From a bacterium (lineage in GTDB: Bacteria > UBA8248), in NCBI GenBank assembly GCA_965261085.1, contig OZ253442.1, positions 2,240,001 through 2,304,000 of the forward strand: a stretch of 64,000 nucleotides of DNA, in the 5' to 3' direction. A model generated the notes under the pieces. That model had not been told where the DNA came from, did not search any database, and was given only the letters and a program-made list of their open reading frames with translations. Each line of letters begins with the position of its first letter. Position 1 is the first letter of the stretch. A program made the translations under genes and the position numbers. Of the stretch, positions 39,176-49,589 are shown piece by piece.

Positions 39176-40399
39176 CTACGTTTTCAGGGCCTGTTCCAGA
39201 TCCTCGATTAAATCATCCGCATCCTCGATGCCCACCGACAGCCGGATCAGGGTATCGCTGATGCCCAGCGCTTTTCTGCTTTCTTCGGTGAGAGAAGCGT
39301 GGGTCATGATGGCGGGATGCTCCACCAGGGATTCCGTGCCTCCGAGGCTCTCCGCCAGGGTGAATAGCTGAACATTTTCCAGGAATCTGCGCGCCTCGGC
39401 CATGCCCCCTTTGAGGTAGAACGCCAGCATGCCTCCAAAACCGCTCATTTGCCTTTTCGCCAGTTCGTGCTGGGGGTGAGATTCGAGCCCCGGATAGATA
39501 ACTTGCTCGACGCCTGCGTGTCCCTCCAGAAACCCGGCGATTTTCATGGCGTTTTCCTGGTGTTTTTCCATCCGTACGGGGAGGGTGTCGATGCCACGCA
39601 TGGTCATGTAGCAATCAAAGGGAGCGGGAGTCGCTCCGAGCGCGTTCTGGTAATGCTTGATGCGCTCATGAAGGGACTGGCTTTTCGTCACGAGCGCGCC
39701 GCCGACGACATCGCTGTGCCCGCCAATGTATTTCGTCGTGCTATGAACGGCAATGTCCGCCCCCAGGGCGAGCGGCCTCTGGAAGTAGGGGCTCATGAAG
39801 GTGTTGTCCACGGCGACGATGGCGCCGTCTTTCCCGTATGTGGAGGCGATGCTGTGGATGTCGGCCATCTTGAGCAGCGGGTTCGTGGGGCTCTCTATCC
39901 AGATGAGCCTCGTGTTTTCCCTGATTTTCCCGGCCAGGGACTCTTCATCCGCCATGTCGACGTAGTCGCACGCGATCCCGAATTTCTCGAACCCCCGGAA
40001 ATCCTTGCCCGTGATGAGGCGGAACGTTCCGCCGTACACGTCGTCCGAGCAGAGCATGTGATCGCCGTGGGAGAGCAGGGCGAAGAGTATCGTGGTGGTG
40101 GCGCCGAGACCTGAGGAAAACGCCAGTCCGTGGCATTCGGTTTCCTCATTGTCTGGACGTTCGAGGCCGGCGATGTTTCGCTCCAGGGCCTCTCGCGTCG
40201 GATTGCCCGAGCGCGAGTATTCAAAATCGCCTACGGGCTCGCCGGGCGTATGCTGCTTGAACGTGCTGCTCAAGCAGATGTCGGGCTTCACGGCGCCGGT
40301 GAGTTCGTTGGGTTCTTTTCCGTAGTGGACCGCTCTGGTGGATATTTTCATTTTACTCCCGGAAGGCGAGGGGGCGGTTTCGGTTTCCGCTTCGATCAC
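39176..40399 (-). CDS. cystathionine gamma-lyase/synthase family PLP enzyme
   Basis: YSRSGNPT, ESPTNP, DNTF, HSTTKYIGGHSD and LAESLGG motifs. Confidence 0.93.
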   Translation of the reverse strand: MIEAETETAPSPSGSKMKISTRAVHYGKEPNELTGAVKPDICLSSTFKQHTPGEPVGDFEYSRSGNPTREALERNIAGLERPDNEETECHGLAFSSGLGATTTILFALLSHGDHMLCSDDVYGGTFRLITGKDFRGFEKFGIACDYVDMADEESLAGKIRENTRLIWIESPTNPLLKMADIHSIASTYGKDGAIVAVDNTFMSPYFQRPLALGADIAVHSTTKYIGGHSDVVGGALVTKSQSLHERIKHYQNALGATPAPFDCYMTMRGIDTLPVRMEKHQENAMKIAGFLEGHAGVEQVIYPGLESHPQHELAKRQMSGFGGMLAFYLKGGMAEARRFLENVQLFTLAESLGGTESLVEHPAIMTHASLTEESRKALGISDTLIRLSVGIEDADDLIEDLEQALKT

Positions 40400-41406
40400 T
40401 AGGACGCGCTCTTTGGCGCCGGCTCCTGTTCCATCTCCTCCTCATCCATGAACGAGTTGGCCGCCATCCATTCGTCTGAGAATATCTTACTGAGATAAAA
40501 CATGCCCGAATCCGGCATCAGGGTGACGATTCTCTCCGGTTTCTCGAGGGATTCCGCATACCGCACGGCGCCTGCCACTGCGCCGCCCGCCGAACCGCCC
40601 ACCAGGATTCCTTCTTCTCTCGCCAGCCTGCGCGCCATCAGGAGGCATTCCTTGTCGGTCACGCGAACGACTTCGTCGATGTTCTCGAAACTGAGCGTCG
40701 CGGGCTTGAAGCTCTCCCCGATCCCTTCGGTCTTGTAGGAGCCCGCCTCGGGGTCCGTTTCCCCGTAGAAAAGGCCGTACAGAATCGAACCGATGGGGTC
40801 GACGCCCACGATCTTGATGTCGGGATTCTTCTCTTTCAGGAATCTTCCCGTGCCCGAGATGGTGCCGCCGGTGCCGAGACCGGTGACGAAGGCGTCGAAA
40901 TCTCCTCCCGTCTGACGCCAGATTTCAGGACCCGTCATGCGGTAGTGGGACTCGGGATTGTTGGTGTTGTTGTACTGATTCGCCAGAATAGAGTTGGGTG
41001 TTTCCTCCACGATCCTGCGCGCGACGCAGTAGTGGCTCTCGGGGTCATCGAGCGCCACCGTCGGCGTGACGATGACTCTCGCGCCGTATGCGCGCAGCCG
41101 GTCGATTTTCTCCTGGCTCATCTTGTCGGGCATCACGAAAACACAACTGTAACCCTTGATGGCGGCGACTATGGCGAGCCCTGCGCCGGTGTTCCCCGAG
41201 GTGGCCTCGACGATCGTTCCCCCCGGCTTGAGTTCGCCCTTTTTCTCAGCGTCTTCGACGATCAGCGGAGCGATGCGGTCTTTCACCGAGAGGCCCGGAT
41301 TCATGTATTCAACCTTGACGAACAGTTCCGATTCGACTTCCGCGCCAATGGAGTTGAGCCTTACGATCGGCGTGTCGCCGATGGCCTCCAGAATGTTGTT
41401 CTTCAC
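40399..41406 (-). CDS. cystathionine beta-synthase / cysteine synthase family protein
   Basis: KVEYMNPGLSVKDR, EATSGNTG, PDKMSQEK and GTGGT motifs. Confidence 0.9.
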   Translation of the reverse strand: MKNNILEAIGDTPIVRLNSIGAEVESELFVKVEYMNPGLSVKDRIAPLIVEDAEKKGELKPGGTIVEATSGNTGAGLAIVAAIKGYSCVFVMPDKMSQEKIDRLRAYGARVIVTPTVALDDPESHYCVARRIVEETPNSILANQYNNTNNPESHYRMTGPEIWRQTGGDFDAFVTGLGTGGTISGTGRFLKEKNPDIKIVGVDPIGSILYGLFYGETDPEAGSYKTEGIGESFKPATLSFENIDEVVRVTDKECLLMARRLAREEGILVGGSAGGAVAGAVRYAESLEKPERIVTLMPDSGMFYLSKIFSDEWMAANSFMDEEEMEQEPAPKSAS

Positions 41407-41485
41407 CCGGCCACACCCTCAAAAACAGCCTGAAGACTTGAAAACCCCGTACTTGTGAGACGATTATGCGGCATCCGCGCGGCCT

Positions 41486-42724
41486 CTACAAATCATCGAG
41501 TATTTCGACGGCTTGAAACGATTTTCCCTCCATGAACTCGAGGCTCGCTCCACCGCCCGTGCTCACATGGCTCACCTCCTTGCTCAACCCGGCCATCTCG
41601 ATGGCCGCTGCGCTGTCGCCGCCTCCGATGACGGTCGTGGCGCCGTTTTTCGTCGCCTCCGCGAGGGCATGCGAGACGGCGAACGTGCCCCCATCGAACG
41701 GCTTGACCTCGAAGACGCCCATGGGACCGTTCCAGACGATGGTTTTCGCCCCTAAAATCATTCCAGAAAACCGGCGCGCGGATTCAGGGCCGATGTCGAG
41801 ACCCATCAGGCCCTCGGGAATTTCTCCCTGGAATACCTTGAATGGCGCTCCTTCTTCGATGGCGCGCGCGGCGATGACGTCCGTGGGCAAAACGAGTTTC
41901 TCACCGCCTAAGGATTGCAGCCGCGCGGCGACCTCGATCCTGTCTTCCTCCACGAGGCTCGTGCCCGTTTCCTGGCCGTTCGCCCGCATGAACGTATAGA
42001 CCATGGCGCCGCCGATGAGCACCCGATCGCATTTACTTAAAAGGGTTTCTATGACCATCATCTTATCGGAGACTTTTTTCCCGCCGATGATGGCGAGAAA
42101 GGGTCTTTTCGGCTCATTCAGCGCCCCGCCCAAGTATTGAAGCTCCTTTTCGAGCAGAAATCCCGCGACGCGGGGTTTGCCGACCATCATCTGCGGCACG
42201 GTGAGCATGCTCGCGTTATCGCGGTGGCAGGTGCCGAAGGCGTCGTTCACATAAACGTCGGCCAATGACGCCAACCCCTGCGCGAAAGCGTCTTTTTCCC
42301 GTCTTTGGGCTTCATCCTGAGCCGCCGCCTTATCCTTGATTTGTTCGGCCTTGTGAAAGCGCAGGTTCTCGAGGAGGCAGCATTCTCCGTCTCCCAGCGC
42401 GGCGGCTGCGCTCTCGGCGGCGGGTCCAACGCAGTCTCCCGCAAAACCGACGCTTTTGCCGAGGAGTGCCTCCAGGCGCTCGGCGATGGGCCTGAGTGTC
42501 CATTTGCCGTCGGCCTGCGGGCCATCTCCCGTCGGGCGGCCTAGGTGGCTCATGAGAACGAGGCGGCCGCCGCCACTCAATATGTGGTTTATCGTGGGAA
42601 GCGCCATGCGGATTCTGCGGTCATCAGCGATTCGGCCGTTCACGTCCTGGGGGACGTTGAAGTCCACCCGCATCAGCACCCGCTTACCGCGCACGTCGAG
42701 GTCCGAGATGCTTTTCTTCGTCAT
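41486..42724 (-). CDS. pgk: phosphoglycerate kinase
   Basis: RVDFNVP, SHLGRP, LENLRF, WNGPMG, GGGDS and STGGGASLE motifs. Confidence 0.97.
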   Translation of the reverse strand: MTKKSISDLDVRGKRVLMRVDFNVPQDVNGRIADDRRIRMALPTINHILSGGGRLVLMSHLGRPTGDGPQADGKWTLRPIAERLEALLGKSVGFAGDCVGPAAESAAAALGDGECCLLENLRFHKAEQIKDKAAAQDEAQRREKDAFAQGLASLADVYVNDAFGTCHRDNASMLTVPQMMVGKPRVAGFLLEKELQYLGGALNEPKRPFLAIIGGKKVSDKMMVIETLLSKCDRVLIGGAMVYTFMRANGQETGTSLVEEDRIEVAARLQSLGGEKLVLPTDVIAARAIEEGAPFKVFQGEIPEGLMGLDIGPESARRFSGMILGAKTIVWNGPMGVFEVKPFDGGTFAVSHALAEATKNGATTVIGGGDSAAAIEMAGLSKEVSHVSTGGGASLEFMEGKSFQAVEILDDL

Positions 42725-42903
42725 GAAGTATCGCCCCTATGGATATGAACGCCGCCGGGAATGTCGCCGAAGGACAAGTGGTGTATAAGGAAAATCGTCA
42801 TGAAAATCCAGCGCCGGGCGATGGTCTTCGAGGTTCGCGTTTTGTCTTCACCCGGCACCGACGCAGATTCGAGTATGAACGGATCGACAAGAAAGGGGAA
42901 TAG

Positions 42904-43698
42904 ATGATCAGCATAGATTTGAGCGGGAAAATCGCCCTGGTGACGGGTTCGAGCCAGGGAATCGGGCAGGCGTGCGCCAGCGTTCTGGCGCGCGCGGGCG
43001 CTTGCGTCGCGCTTGCGGCCCGGAACGAGGAGAATCTGACGGAAACCGCTTCAGAGATCATCGCCGCCGGTGGACGCGCGGAGGTGATGGCGGGCGACCT
43101 CACCCTCGCGGGCCGGACCGAGCGCGTCGTCGAAGAAACCTGCGCCCGCCTGGGTGGGATTGATTTTCTCATCAACGCCGCGGGCGTGAGCAGGCGCTCA
43201 GACCCCATAGAGACGACGGATGAGGACATCGATCTCGCCATCGATTTGAAACTCCGCGCCGCCATCCGTTTGACGAAAGCCGCGATTCCGCAGATGAGAA
43301 AACGCGGCGCGGGCGTCATCGTCTACTTTTCGGGGCTGAGCCATGTGCACACCTCGGAATACCATGGCTCGGGCTGCATATCGAACGCAGGCTTATCCGC
43401 CTACAAGCATCAGCTCGCCCGCAGGCTGGCGCCCGAGAACATCCGGGTGAACCTCATCAACCCCGGAACGACGGACACTCCGAGGTATGTCCGGCAGACG
43501 ACGAGAATCGCAGAGTTGACGAGCCGCACGTATGAAGAGGTGGATGCGGAAAGGCGCGCCGAATTGCCCATGGGTCGTCTTACGCGGGCCGAGGATTGCG
43601 CCAACGCGGCGTTGTTTCTGGTCTCCGACCTGGCTTCGAACATCACGGGGGAATCCATCAACGTGGACGGCGGGCGGTGCGACGTGGTGAGACCCTAG
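42904..43698 (+). CDS. short-chain dehydrogenase/reductase (atypical active site)
   Basis: TGSSQGIG and INAAG motifs; canonical YxxxK is not evident. Confidence 0.88.
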   Translation: MISIDLSGKIALVTGSSQGIGQACASVLARAGACVALAARNEENLTETASEIIAAGGRAEVMAGDLTLAGRTERVVEETCARLGGIDFLINAAGVSRRSDPIETTDEDIDLAIDLKLRAAIRLTKAAIPQMRKRGAGVIVYFSGLSHVHTSEYHGSGCISNAGLSAYKHQLARRLAPENIRVNLINPGTTDTPRYVRQTTRIAELTSRTYEEVDAERRAELPMGRLTRAEDCANAALFLVSDLASNITGESINVDGGRCDVVRP

Positions 43699-44459
43699 AG
43701 GGCGCTGCTGCCGCCGTCGAGATATACCGTCTGCCCGGTCATGAAGTTACTCTGGGGGCCGCAAAGGTAGACAACGAGGGGCCGTATTTCTTCAGGCTCG
43801 CCATAGCGCTTCATGGGGACGAAGCGCAAGAACTCCTCGCTTTGCGCCGGATCGGCGATTCGATCGACCGTCATCGGGGTCGGGAAGCGGCCAGGCGCGA
43901 TGCAGTTCACCTGAATGTTTTTCTCCGCAAGTTCGACGGCGAGCGCCTCGGTGAAACCCCGGACGCCTGCCTTAGACGCCGCATAGGCCACCTGATTGGG
44001 ACGGCCCCGGCTGCCTGCGCCCGAGCCGAGATTGATAATTTTGCCTCCCCCCGCCTCGAGCATGTAGCGCACCGCCGCCCGGCAGCAATAGAACATGCCG
44101 CTTAAATTCAAATCGATGGTCTCGCGCCAGATTTCATCCGTCATCTCGAGAATCGGGCTGGGGAGCGAAACGCCCGCGTTGTTGATGAGAATATGCGGGC
44201 CGCCCAATTCCTTGTTGACTTGCTCGAACAAGGCGCTCACCCGCGCCGAATTCGTGATGTCGCAAACGGCGGGCATGGCCTGGACGCCGAATTTCTCACA
44301 TTCTTTCGCGGTTTCGACCATCGGTTCCGGCCGCCTGCCGATGAGGACGACGTCCGCGCCTGCCTCAGCAAGACCGATGGCCAACGAAGCGCCGAGCCCC
44401 TGCCCGCCGCCCGTGATGCAGGCTGTCTTGCCGCTTAAGTCCACGCCGGGTGAGGTCAT
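43695..44459 (-). CDS. short-chain dehydrogenase/reductase
   Basis: TGGGQGLG, NNAG and YAASK motifs. Confidence 0.92.
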   Translation of the reverse strand: MTSPGVDLSGKTACITGGGQGLGASLAIGLAEAGADVVLIGRRPEPMVETAKECEKFGVQAMPAVCDITNSARVSALFEQVNKELGGPHILINNAGVSLPSPILEMTDEIWRETIDLNLSGMFYCCRAAVRYMLEAGGGKIINLGSGAGSRGRPNQVAYAASKAGVRGFTEALAVELAEKNIQVNCIAPGRFPTPMTVDRIADPAQSEEFLRFVPMKRYGEPEEIRPLVVYLCGPQSNFMTGQTVYLDGGSSAL

Positions 44460-44656
44460 TTTTCTCCGCCTCATACTGCGGTTTGCAAAAAGCGTCTGCG
44501 TTGTGTTTCCCGGTTTGGGTGCGCCAAAGTCGCTCAAGGACTTTACCACCATGCGCTACTGGGGTACATAAGGCATGGTTCCGACATGGATTCGATAACA
44601 CTTCTCTTCAGCGCTTTGGTTGAAGAGTCCGAGACAACATATTTTGTGAGGATGCC

Positions 44657-45898
44657 ATGAGTCTCGCGCAAGCGCCTGCAGTTATCAGTTCTGAAAATAC
44701 GGAGTTGGTCGGCTATCACGACCTAGAGGATCGGCCCGCCTTCAAGACGGCGATTCAGGAAGTAGATGGACGCTTTTATCTGTATCTATCGCATTTCTGG
44801 GAGAGCGGCTGGAGCGTTTTTGACGTGACGGAGCCTGCGGACCCCAAACTACTCAAGTTCATCGAGGGCCCCGACAACACCTGGACCCTGCAGGTGCAGG
44901 TGGCGGATGGCTTGCTCATCACCTCTTTGGAGAAAATTCCCCCCGGATGGGGGCCGAGGCCCGAGGATCCACCTGAAGCCGAAGGCGTCTACATCTGGGA
45001 CGTGAAAAAAGACCCCGGGGATCCAGAACTTATCTCGCACTGGCAGACGGGGGCCGACGGCACGCACAGGAATTTTTACAACGGTGGCCGCTATGTCCAC
45101 TTGTCCGCATACGCGCCCGGCTACGATGGGAACATTTACCGCATTCTGGATTTGTCCGATCCCCGAAACCCCAAGGAAGCGGGCCGTTTCTGGCTTCCCG
45201 AGCAAGAGCAGGAACCTGCCGCAGGGTCAGATGATTGGAGCGAAGGGATGCGCGTGTTCCAGCACGGGCCCGCTCATGCGGAAAACGGGCGGGCGTATTT
45301 GCCGTATGCGCGTGGCGGGTTCGTTATCGCGGATATAGAGGACATATCCAGCCCCAAACTCATCAGCCGTTTCAACGTCTACCCGCCGCTGGGCAGCGCG
45401 ATCGCCGTACACACGGCGTATCCTTATCTCAAGCGGGGCTTCGCCATCATCAACAGCGAGGCGCTCAAGGAGAATTGCGACGAGCCGCTCAACTACACGG
45501 CGATAATCGACATCAAAGACGAAACGGCCCCGAGACTCATGACTCTCTTCCCGGTTCCCGAGCCGCCGCCTGGTTATTCCCACAAGAGTTTTTGCGAGCG
45601 AGGCGGACGATTCGGCCCGCACAATCAACACCACTCCCAGGGGCTCGATTGTCTGGAGCAGAGGGAAGACCGCGTTTACCTGACGTATTTCAACGCGGGT
45701 CTTCGGGTCTATGATATTTCAGAGCCCATCCACCCACGCGAGATCGCGCACTACATACCCGCCGACCCGACGAAACGCCTCGGCATGCTGCCCAAAACGC
45801 TCGTCACCCAGAGCGAGGACGTGATCGTGGACAGGCGGGGGGTCATTTATGTTACGGACAAGAACCACGGACTGCATATATTGCGTTGTACTGTTTAG
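44657..45898 (+). CDS. LVIVD-repeat (beta-propeller) protein
   Basis: Repeated V/I.DV/I..P..P units (FDVTEPADP, LDLSDPRNP, YDISEPIHP); GRFGPHN and YFNAGLRVYD motifs. Confidence 0.82.
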   Translation: MSLAQAPAVISSENTELVGYHDLEDRPAFKTAIQEVDGRFYLYLSHFWESGWSVFDVTEPADPKLLKFIEGPDNTWTLQVQVADGLLITSLEKIPPGWGPRPEDPPEAEGVYIWDVKKDPGDPELISHWQTGADGTHRNFYNGGRYVHLSAYAPGYDGNIYRILDLSDPRNPKEAGRFWLPEQEQEPAAGSDDWSEGMRVFQHGPAHAENGRAYLPYARGGFVIADIEDISSPKLISRFNVYPPLGSAIAVHTAYPYLKRGFAIINSEALKENCDEPLNYTAIIDIKDETAPRLMTLFPVPEPPPGYSHKSFCERGGRFGPHNQHHSQGLDCLEQREDRVYLTYFNAGLRVYDISEPIHPREIAHYIPADPTKRLGMLPKTLVTQSEDVIVDRRGVIYVTDKNHGLHILRCTV

Positions 45899-45918
45899 GT
45901 GAAAAGGAGAAAAATTCT

Positions 45919-46608
45919 ATGCCTACCATCGTTGACCTTTCACGAGAGATTTATCATCGCACGCCCGCATATCCGGGCCAGCCGCCCATCCTGTACGCCG
46001 AGTGGAAAAATCATGAAGAGGCCTTCAAGGACTCGGGCAATGTCTGGGGGAACGCCCTGAACTTCGTCACCATGCCCGAGCACGGCACCACGCATCTCGA
46101 CGCTCCGCGCCACTTCCACAAAGATGCGACGCCGATGAACGAGTATCCGCTCGAGAATTGCATCGTTCGCGGCATTTGCATCGATTTGCAGCACATCGAG
46201 CCCAGGGTGGAGATCAGCTCGAACGACCTCGATGAGGCGGTGAAGAAGACCGGCCTCTCGGCTCCCCAGGGGGGTACGATTCTGCTCTGTACGGGCCACC
46301 ATGCCCGTACTTTCCCGACGAAGGCGTATGGAACGGATAATCCGGGCATCAATATCGAGGCCACCGAATGGCTCGCGGATCAGGGAATCGTCCATTTCGG
46401 AATCGATTCCATGCGTCCCGGCCCCGAGGGAGACATCAACGCTCTGGTGCACAAGACTTGCTGGGAGAGGGGAATCACCCACCTGGAAAGCCTGTGCAAC
46501 TTAGAAGCGCTGCTGGGTAAGGGAGAGTTCCAGTTTATTTCCCTGCCTCTGAAATTCCGCGAGGGGACGGGAAGCCCTGTCCGCGCCGTGGCGGTTCTCG
46601 ACGATTAG
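45919..46608 (+). CDS. cyclase / kynurenine-formamidase-like metal hydrolase
   Basis: EHGTTHLDAPRH, GIDS, HLESL and GSPVRAVA motifs. Confidence 0.9.
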   Translation: MPTIVDLSREIYHRTPAYPGQPPILYAEWKNHEEAFKDSGNVWGNALNFVTMPEHGTTHLDAPRHFHKDATPMNEYPLENCIVRGICIDLQHIEPRVEISSNDLDEAVKKTGLSAPQGGTILLCTGHHARTFPTKAYGTDNPGINIEATEWLADQGIVHFGIDSMRPGPEGDINALVHKTCWERGITHLESLCNLEALLGKGEFQFISLPLKFREGTGSPVRAVAVLDD

Positions 46609-46743
46609 TTCGTGTTCCGGGGTCCTTGCCCTTTAGTGGCGAGGACCCCGTCTTTTCGATTAAATGGCCAAAATGTGATAGGCTAGGTGTCTATCTGCGA
46701 CATCCGCCCCGGGGAGGGGATTTCTTAGCCCTCCGCAAAGCCT

Positions 46744-47478
46744 ATGCCCGAGTCTCCCAAACCCCGATCGGAGTACGCGCTCGAACTGGGGCGCCGCATC
46801 GCGCGCGCGCGTGAACGCAAGAGTTTGAACCGCAACCAACTGGCGCGCGCTGCAGGAGTCACCTGGGCGAATCTCACCCGTTACGAACAGGGACAAAACG
46901 AGCCGAGCGCGAGCAAACTTTTTGAAATCGCAAAAGTGCTCGATGTCTCCAGCGATTGGTTGCTGGGCCGAACCGGTGCGCCGGAAATTCCGGGCGTCGG
47001 GCCTCTGGATGTGGCCTTGAGCATGAGTGATAATTTGCAGGCGCCGGGCAAGGTGAACGATGCGGAATTTCGCGCCGTGCCTTTGGTGTCGGGCTCTATC
47101 GCGGCGGGAAGCGCCAGAATCGTGGATGAGGAAATCGAAGAATATGCGCTCATCCACGTCTCTCAGATTGCCGGGCGTGGAGATTTGGTCTCGGTTCGGG
47201 TGGACAGGGACATGGGCCGCAGCATGGTTCCCTTGATCCAGCCGGGCGCCGTGGTCGTCATTGATCGCCGTGACAAGGTGATCGTTTCAGACGGCATTTA
47301 CGCCGTTCGGGATGAATCCGGGGGGTGTACGCTCAAACGGTTGCAGTGGGCCCCGCCTCGTCTATGGCTGGTGCCGGAGAATCGCGAAGAAGTGGTTACG
47401 CATATCGATTTGGACGGGGAAGAGCCTGCCGATCGAATCGTGGGCCGTGTCGTCTGGGCCTATCAGCCGCTCGCCTGA
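46744..47478 (+). CDS. CI/LexA-like repressor (XRE HTH + S24 peptidase)
   Basis: XRE HTH (YEQGQNEPS..L..IAKVLDVSSDWLLG), AAG cleavage site, catalytic S (GRSM) and K (TLKRL). Confidence 0.9.
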   Translation: MPESPKPRSEYALELGRRIARARERKSLNRNQLARAAGVTWANLTRYEQGQNEPSASKLFEIAKVLDVSSDWLLGRTGAPEIPGVGPLDVALSMSDNLQAPGKVNDAEFRAVPLVSGSIAAGSARIVDEEIEEYALIHVSQIAGRGDLVSVRVDRDMGRSMVPLIQPGAVVVIDRRDKVIVSDGIYAVRDESGGCTLKRLQWAPPRLWLVPENREEVVTHIDLDGEEPADRIVGRVVWAYQPLA

Positions 47479-47481
47479 AAA

Positions 47482-48474
47482 TCAGGAACCCATCAATTCC
47501 CTGCATTTCTCCGTCAGGGCGGGGATGATTTTCTTGTAGTCTCCCACGATGCCGTAGCGTGCGCGCTGGAAGATGGGCGCTTCGGCGTCCGTGTTGATGG
47601 CCACGATGTTTTTGCTTGGCCCTGCGCCGACCATGTGCTGCATGGCGCCCGATATGCCGACGGCGATATAGAGATTCGGGTTCACAATTTTGCCCGTTTG
47701 GCCCACTTGCATGGGCGTCGGCACCCAGCCGGCGTCGACGGCGGCGCGGCTTGCGCCCACGGCCGCTTTGAGAACCTTGGCGAGTTCCTGCAGGTATTCG
47801 AAATTTTCGGGCCCCCCCAGGCCGCGGCCGCCGCTCACGACGATTTCCGCATCTTCCAAACGGACACCTTCTGCTTCCACTTTTTTCGCCTCCACGAAAA
47901 TCATGCGAATATCGTCGGCATCCACTGAAACGCCGATTTCCATGAACTCGCCCTCGCGGCCCTCTTCTATATCGGCCAGCGGCAGGGCTTTCGCGCGTGT
48001 GGATGCGATGGAGAGGGAATCTGTTTTTGAGCGGATATGGCTGATGGCGCTGCCCCCGTGCACCGGGCGAACGGCGGCGAGTTTGCCGTCCTCAATCATC
48101 AGGTCCGTGCAGTCGTGCGCATAGCTGGCGCCATGGCGGAAGGCAAGCCTGGGCGCGACGTCCCGCCCCGTGGAAGTATTGGCGACCAGAAAAATGGTCG
48201 GGTTCTCTTCCGTGATGACGGCGCCGATTACTTTCAGATACGCCGCATTGGTATACCCATCCAGAATATCCGATTCGGCCGCCAGCACCTTGTCGGCTCC
48301 CAGGGCGATGAGACCTTTTGCCAACTTCTGGGTGCCGGGGCCGCCGAGGAGGAGAGCCACCAGGGAACCTCCTTTTTCGTCGGCGAGTTTTCGGCCGATT
48401 CCACAAAGCTCACTGCTCACGAGCGCCAGCTTGTCCACTGTGCGCTCGGCTAAAATAAGGACGTTGTTCGGCAT
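47482..48474 (-). CDS. etfA: electron transfer flavoprotein alpha subunit
   Basis: [22 protein letters not shown] and GISGAMQH motifs. Confidence 0.96.
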   Translation of the reverse strand: MPNNVLILAERTVDKLALVSSELCGIGRKLADEKGGSLVALLLGGPGTQKLAKGLIALGADKVLAAESDILDGYTNAAYLKVIGAVITEENPTIFLVANTSTGRDVAPRLAFRHGASYAHDCTDLMIEDGKLAAVRPVHGGSAISHIRSKTDSLSIASTRAKALPLADIEEGREGEFMEIGVSVDADDIRMIFVEAKKVEAEGVRLEDAEIVVSGGRGLGGPENFEYLQELAKVLKAAVGASRAAVDAGWVPTPMQVGQTGKIVNPNLYIAVGISGAMQHMVGAGPSKNIVAINTDAEAPIFQRARYGIVGDYKKIIPALTEKCRELMGS

Positions 48475-48492
48475 GGCGTTGTTATTTCTCCC

Positions 48493-49293
48493 TTAAATAA
48501 TTTTATCTTCACGAAGACGAAGCGCCAGGGCGCCAGCTGCTTCTTCGAGTGATTCGCCTTCGATGAATTCGCAATTTCCGTCAAATACGGGCTTGTAGAA
48601 TTTAGTGACTTCAAAAGTAACCGCCTCTTTTCCGACCGAAGCGGGGTCTATGCCGATGTCCGCCACGCCCCAGACGGGAATTTGCTTGCGCGACGCCATC
48701 AAGATGCCTTTGACCGAGGGCAGACGAGGGGTGTTGATCTCGTTACTGGCGGTGAGCAGGCACGGGGTCGAAACTTCGACGACCTCCACGCCGTCTTCCA
48801 GAGCGCGTTCGCACCGAAGACCCGCATCGGTTTTCTCCACTTTCTGAAGCTGGCTTACGCTGGGAAGCTCAAGCGCTTCGGCGAGGGCGAGGGCAGTGGT
48901 TCCGTAGCTCCAGTCGCTGCTCAGCCTGCCGCAGAGGATGACGTCGAAACCATCCAACATTTGGATGGCGCTCGCCAGAATTCGCGCCGTAGCGAAGGCG
49001 TCGGAACCCTCAAAGGCCTCGTCTTGAAGCAAAATGGCTTCATCGCATCCCATGGCCAGGCATTTTTTCAGACCATCTCTGGCCTTTTGATCGCCCAGCG
49101 TCATGACGGTGATTTTTCCGCCGTGTTCTTCCTTGAGGTTGATGGCCGCCTCGACGGCGTTTTCGCAAAAGCCGTTGATGACGGGCGATACGTTCGCGGG
49201 TGGAATGACATCCATCTTCTCTTCATCGACCTTGAAATCACGGGGAGGAATGTCGGGGTCTTGTACTTGCTTGATGCAGACGATGATATCCAA
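48493..49293 (-). CDS. etfB: electron transfer flavoprotein beta subunit
   Basis: VCIKQV, NAVEAA, LAMGCD and NTPRLPS motifs. Confidence 0.95.
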   Translation of the reverse strand: MDIIVCIKQVQDPDIPPRDFKVDEEKMDVIPPANVSPVINGFCENAVEAAINLKEEHGGKITVMTLGDQKARDGLKKCLAMGCDEAILLQDEAFEGSDAFATARILASAIQMLDGFDVILCGRLSSDWSYGTTALALAEALELPSVSQLQKVEKTDAGLRCERALEDGVEVVEVSTPCLLTASNEINTPRLPSVKGILMASRKQIPVWGVADIGIDPASVGKEAVTFEVTKFYKPVFDGNCEFIEGESLEEAAGALALRLREDKII

Positions 49294-49589
49294 AGGGTTG
49301 ATTCTCCTGTTTTTGCTAGTTCGAATCTGTCATGGTCGCTTGAGGCGCTCGGATATATTCTGAATCAACAAAACGAGACGGCCTAAAAATAATGAGATGG
49401 AGCCGATGCGTCAACCAAGCAAGGCGTTTTTCTAGATTTTGCGCCCGCCGGTGAGATTTGGATTCCGCTTTCGTGTTTGACAGTGCAAAAAATCCGGGGG
49501 ATAAGATGACAATGGTTTGTCTGAATAGAATACTTTTCGATAAGCGGCTTTTCATTGTGTTTCCAGTTTTGGAATAGAGGGTCCCTCCC

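Noticed and set aside
46626-47478. Prophage
   Set aside because: Only a repressor-like gene is present; there is no integrase, cro-like, replication or structural gene.
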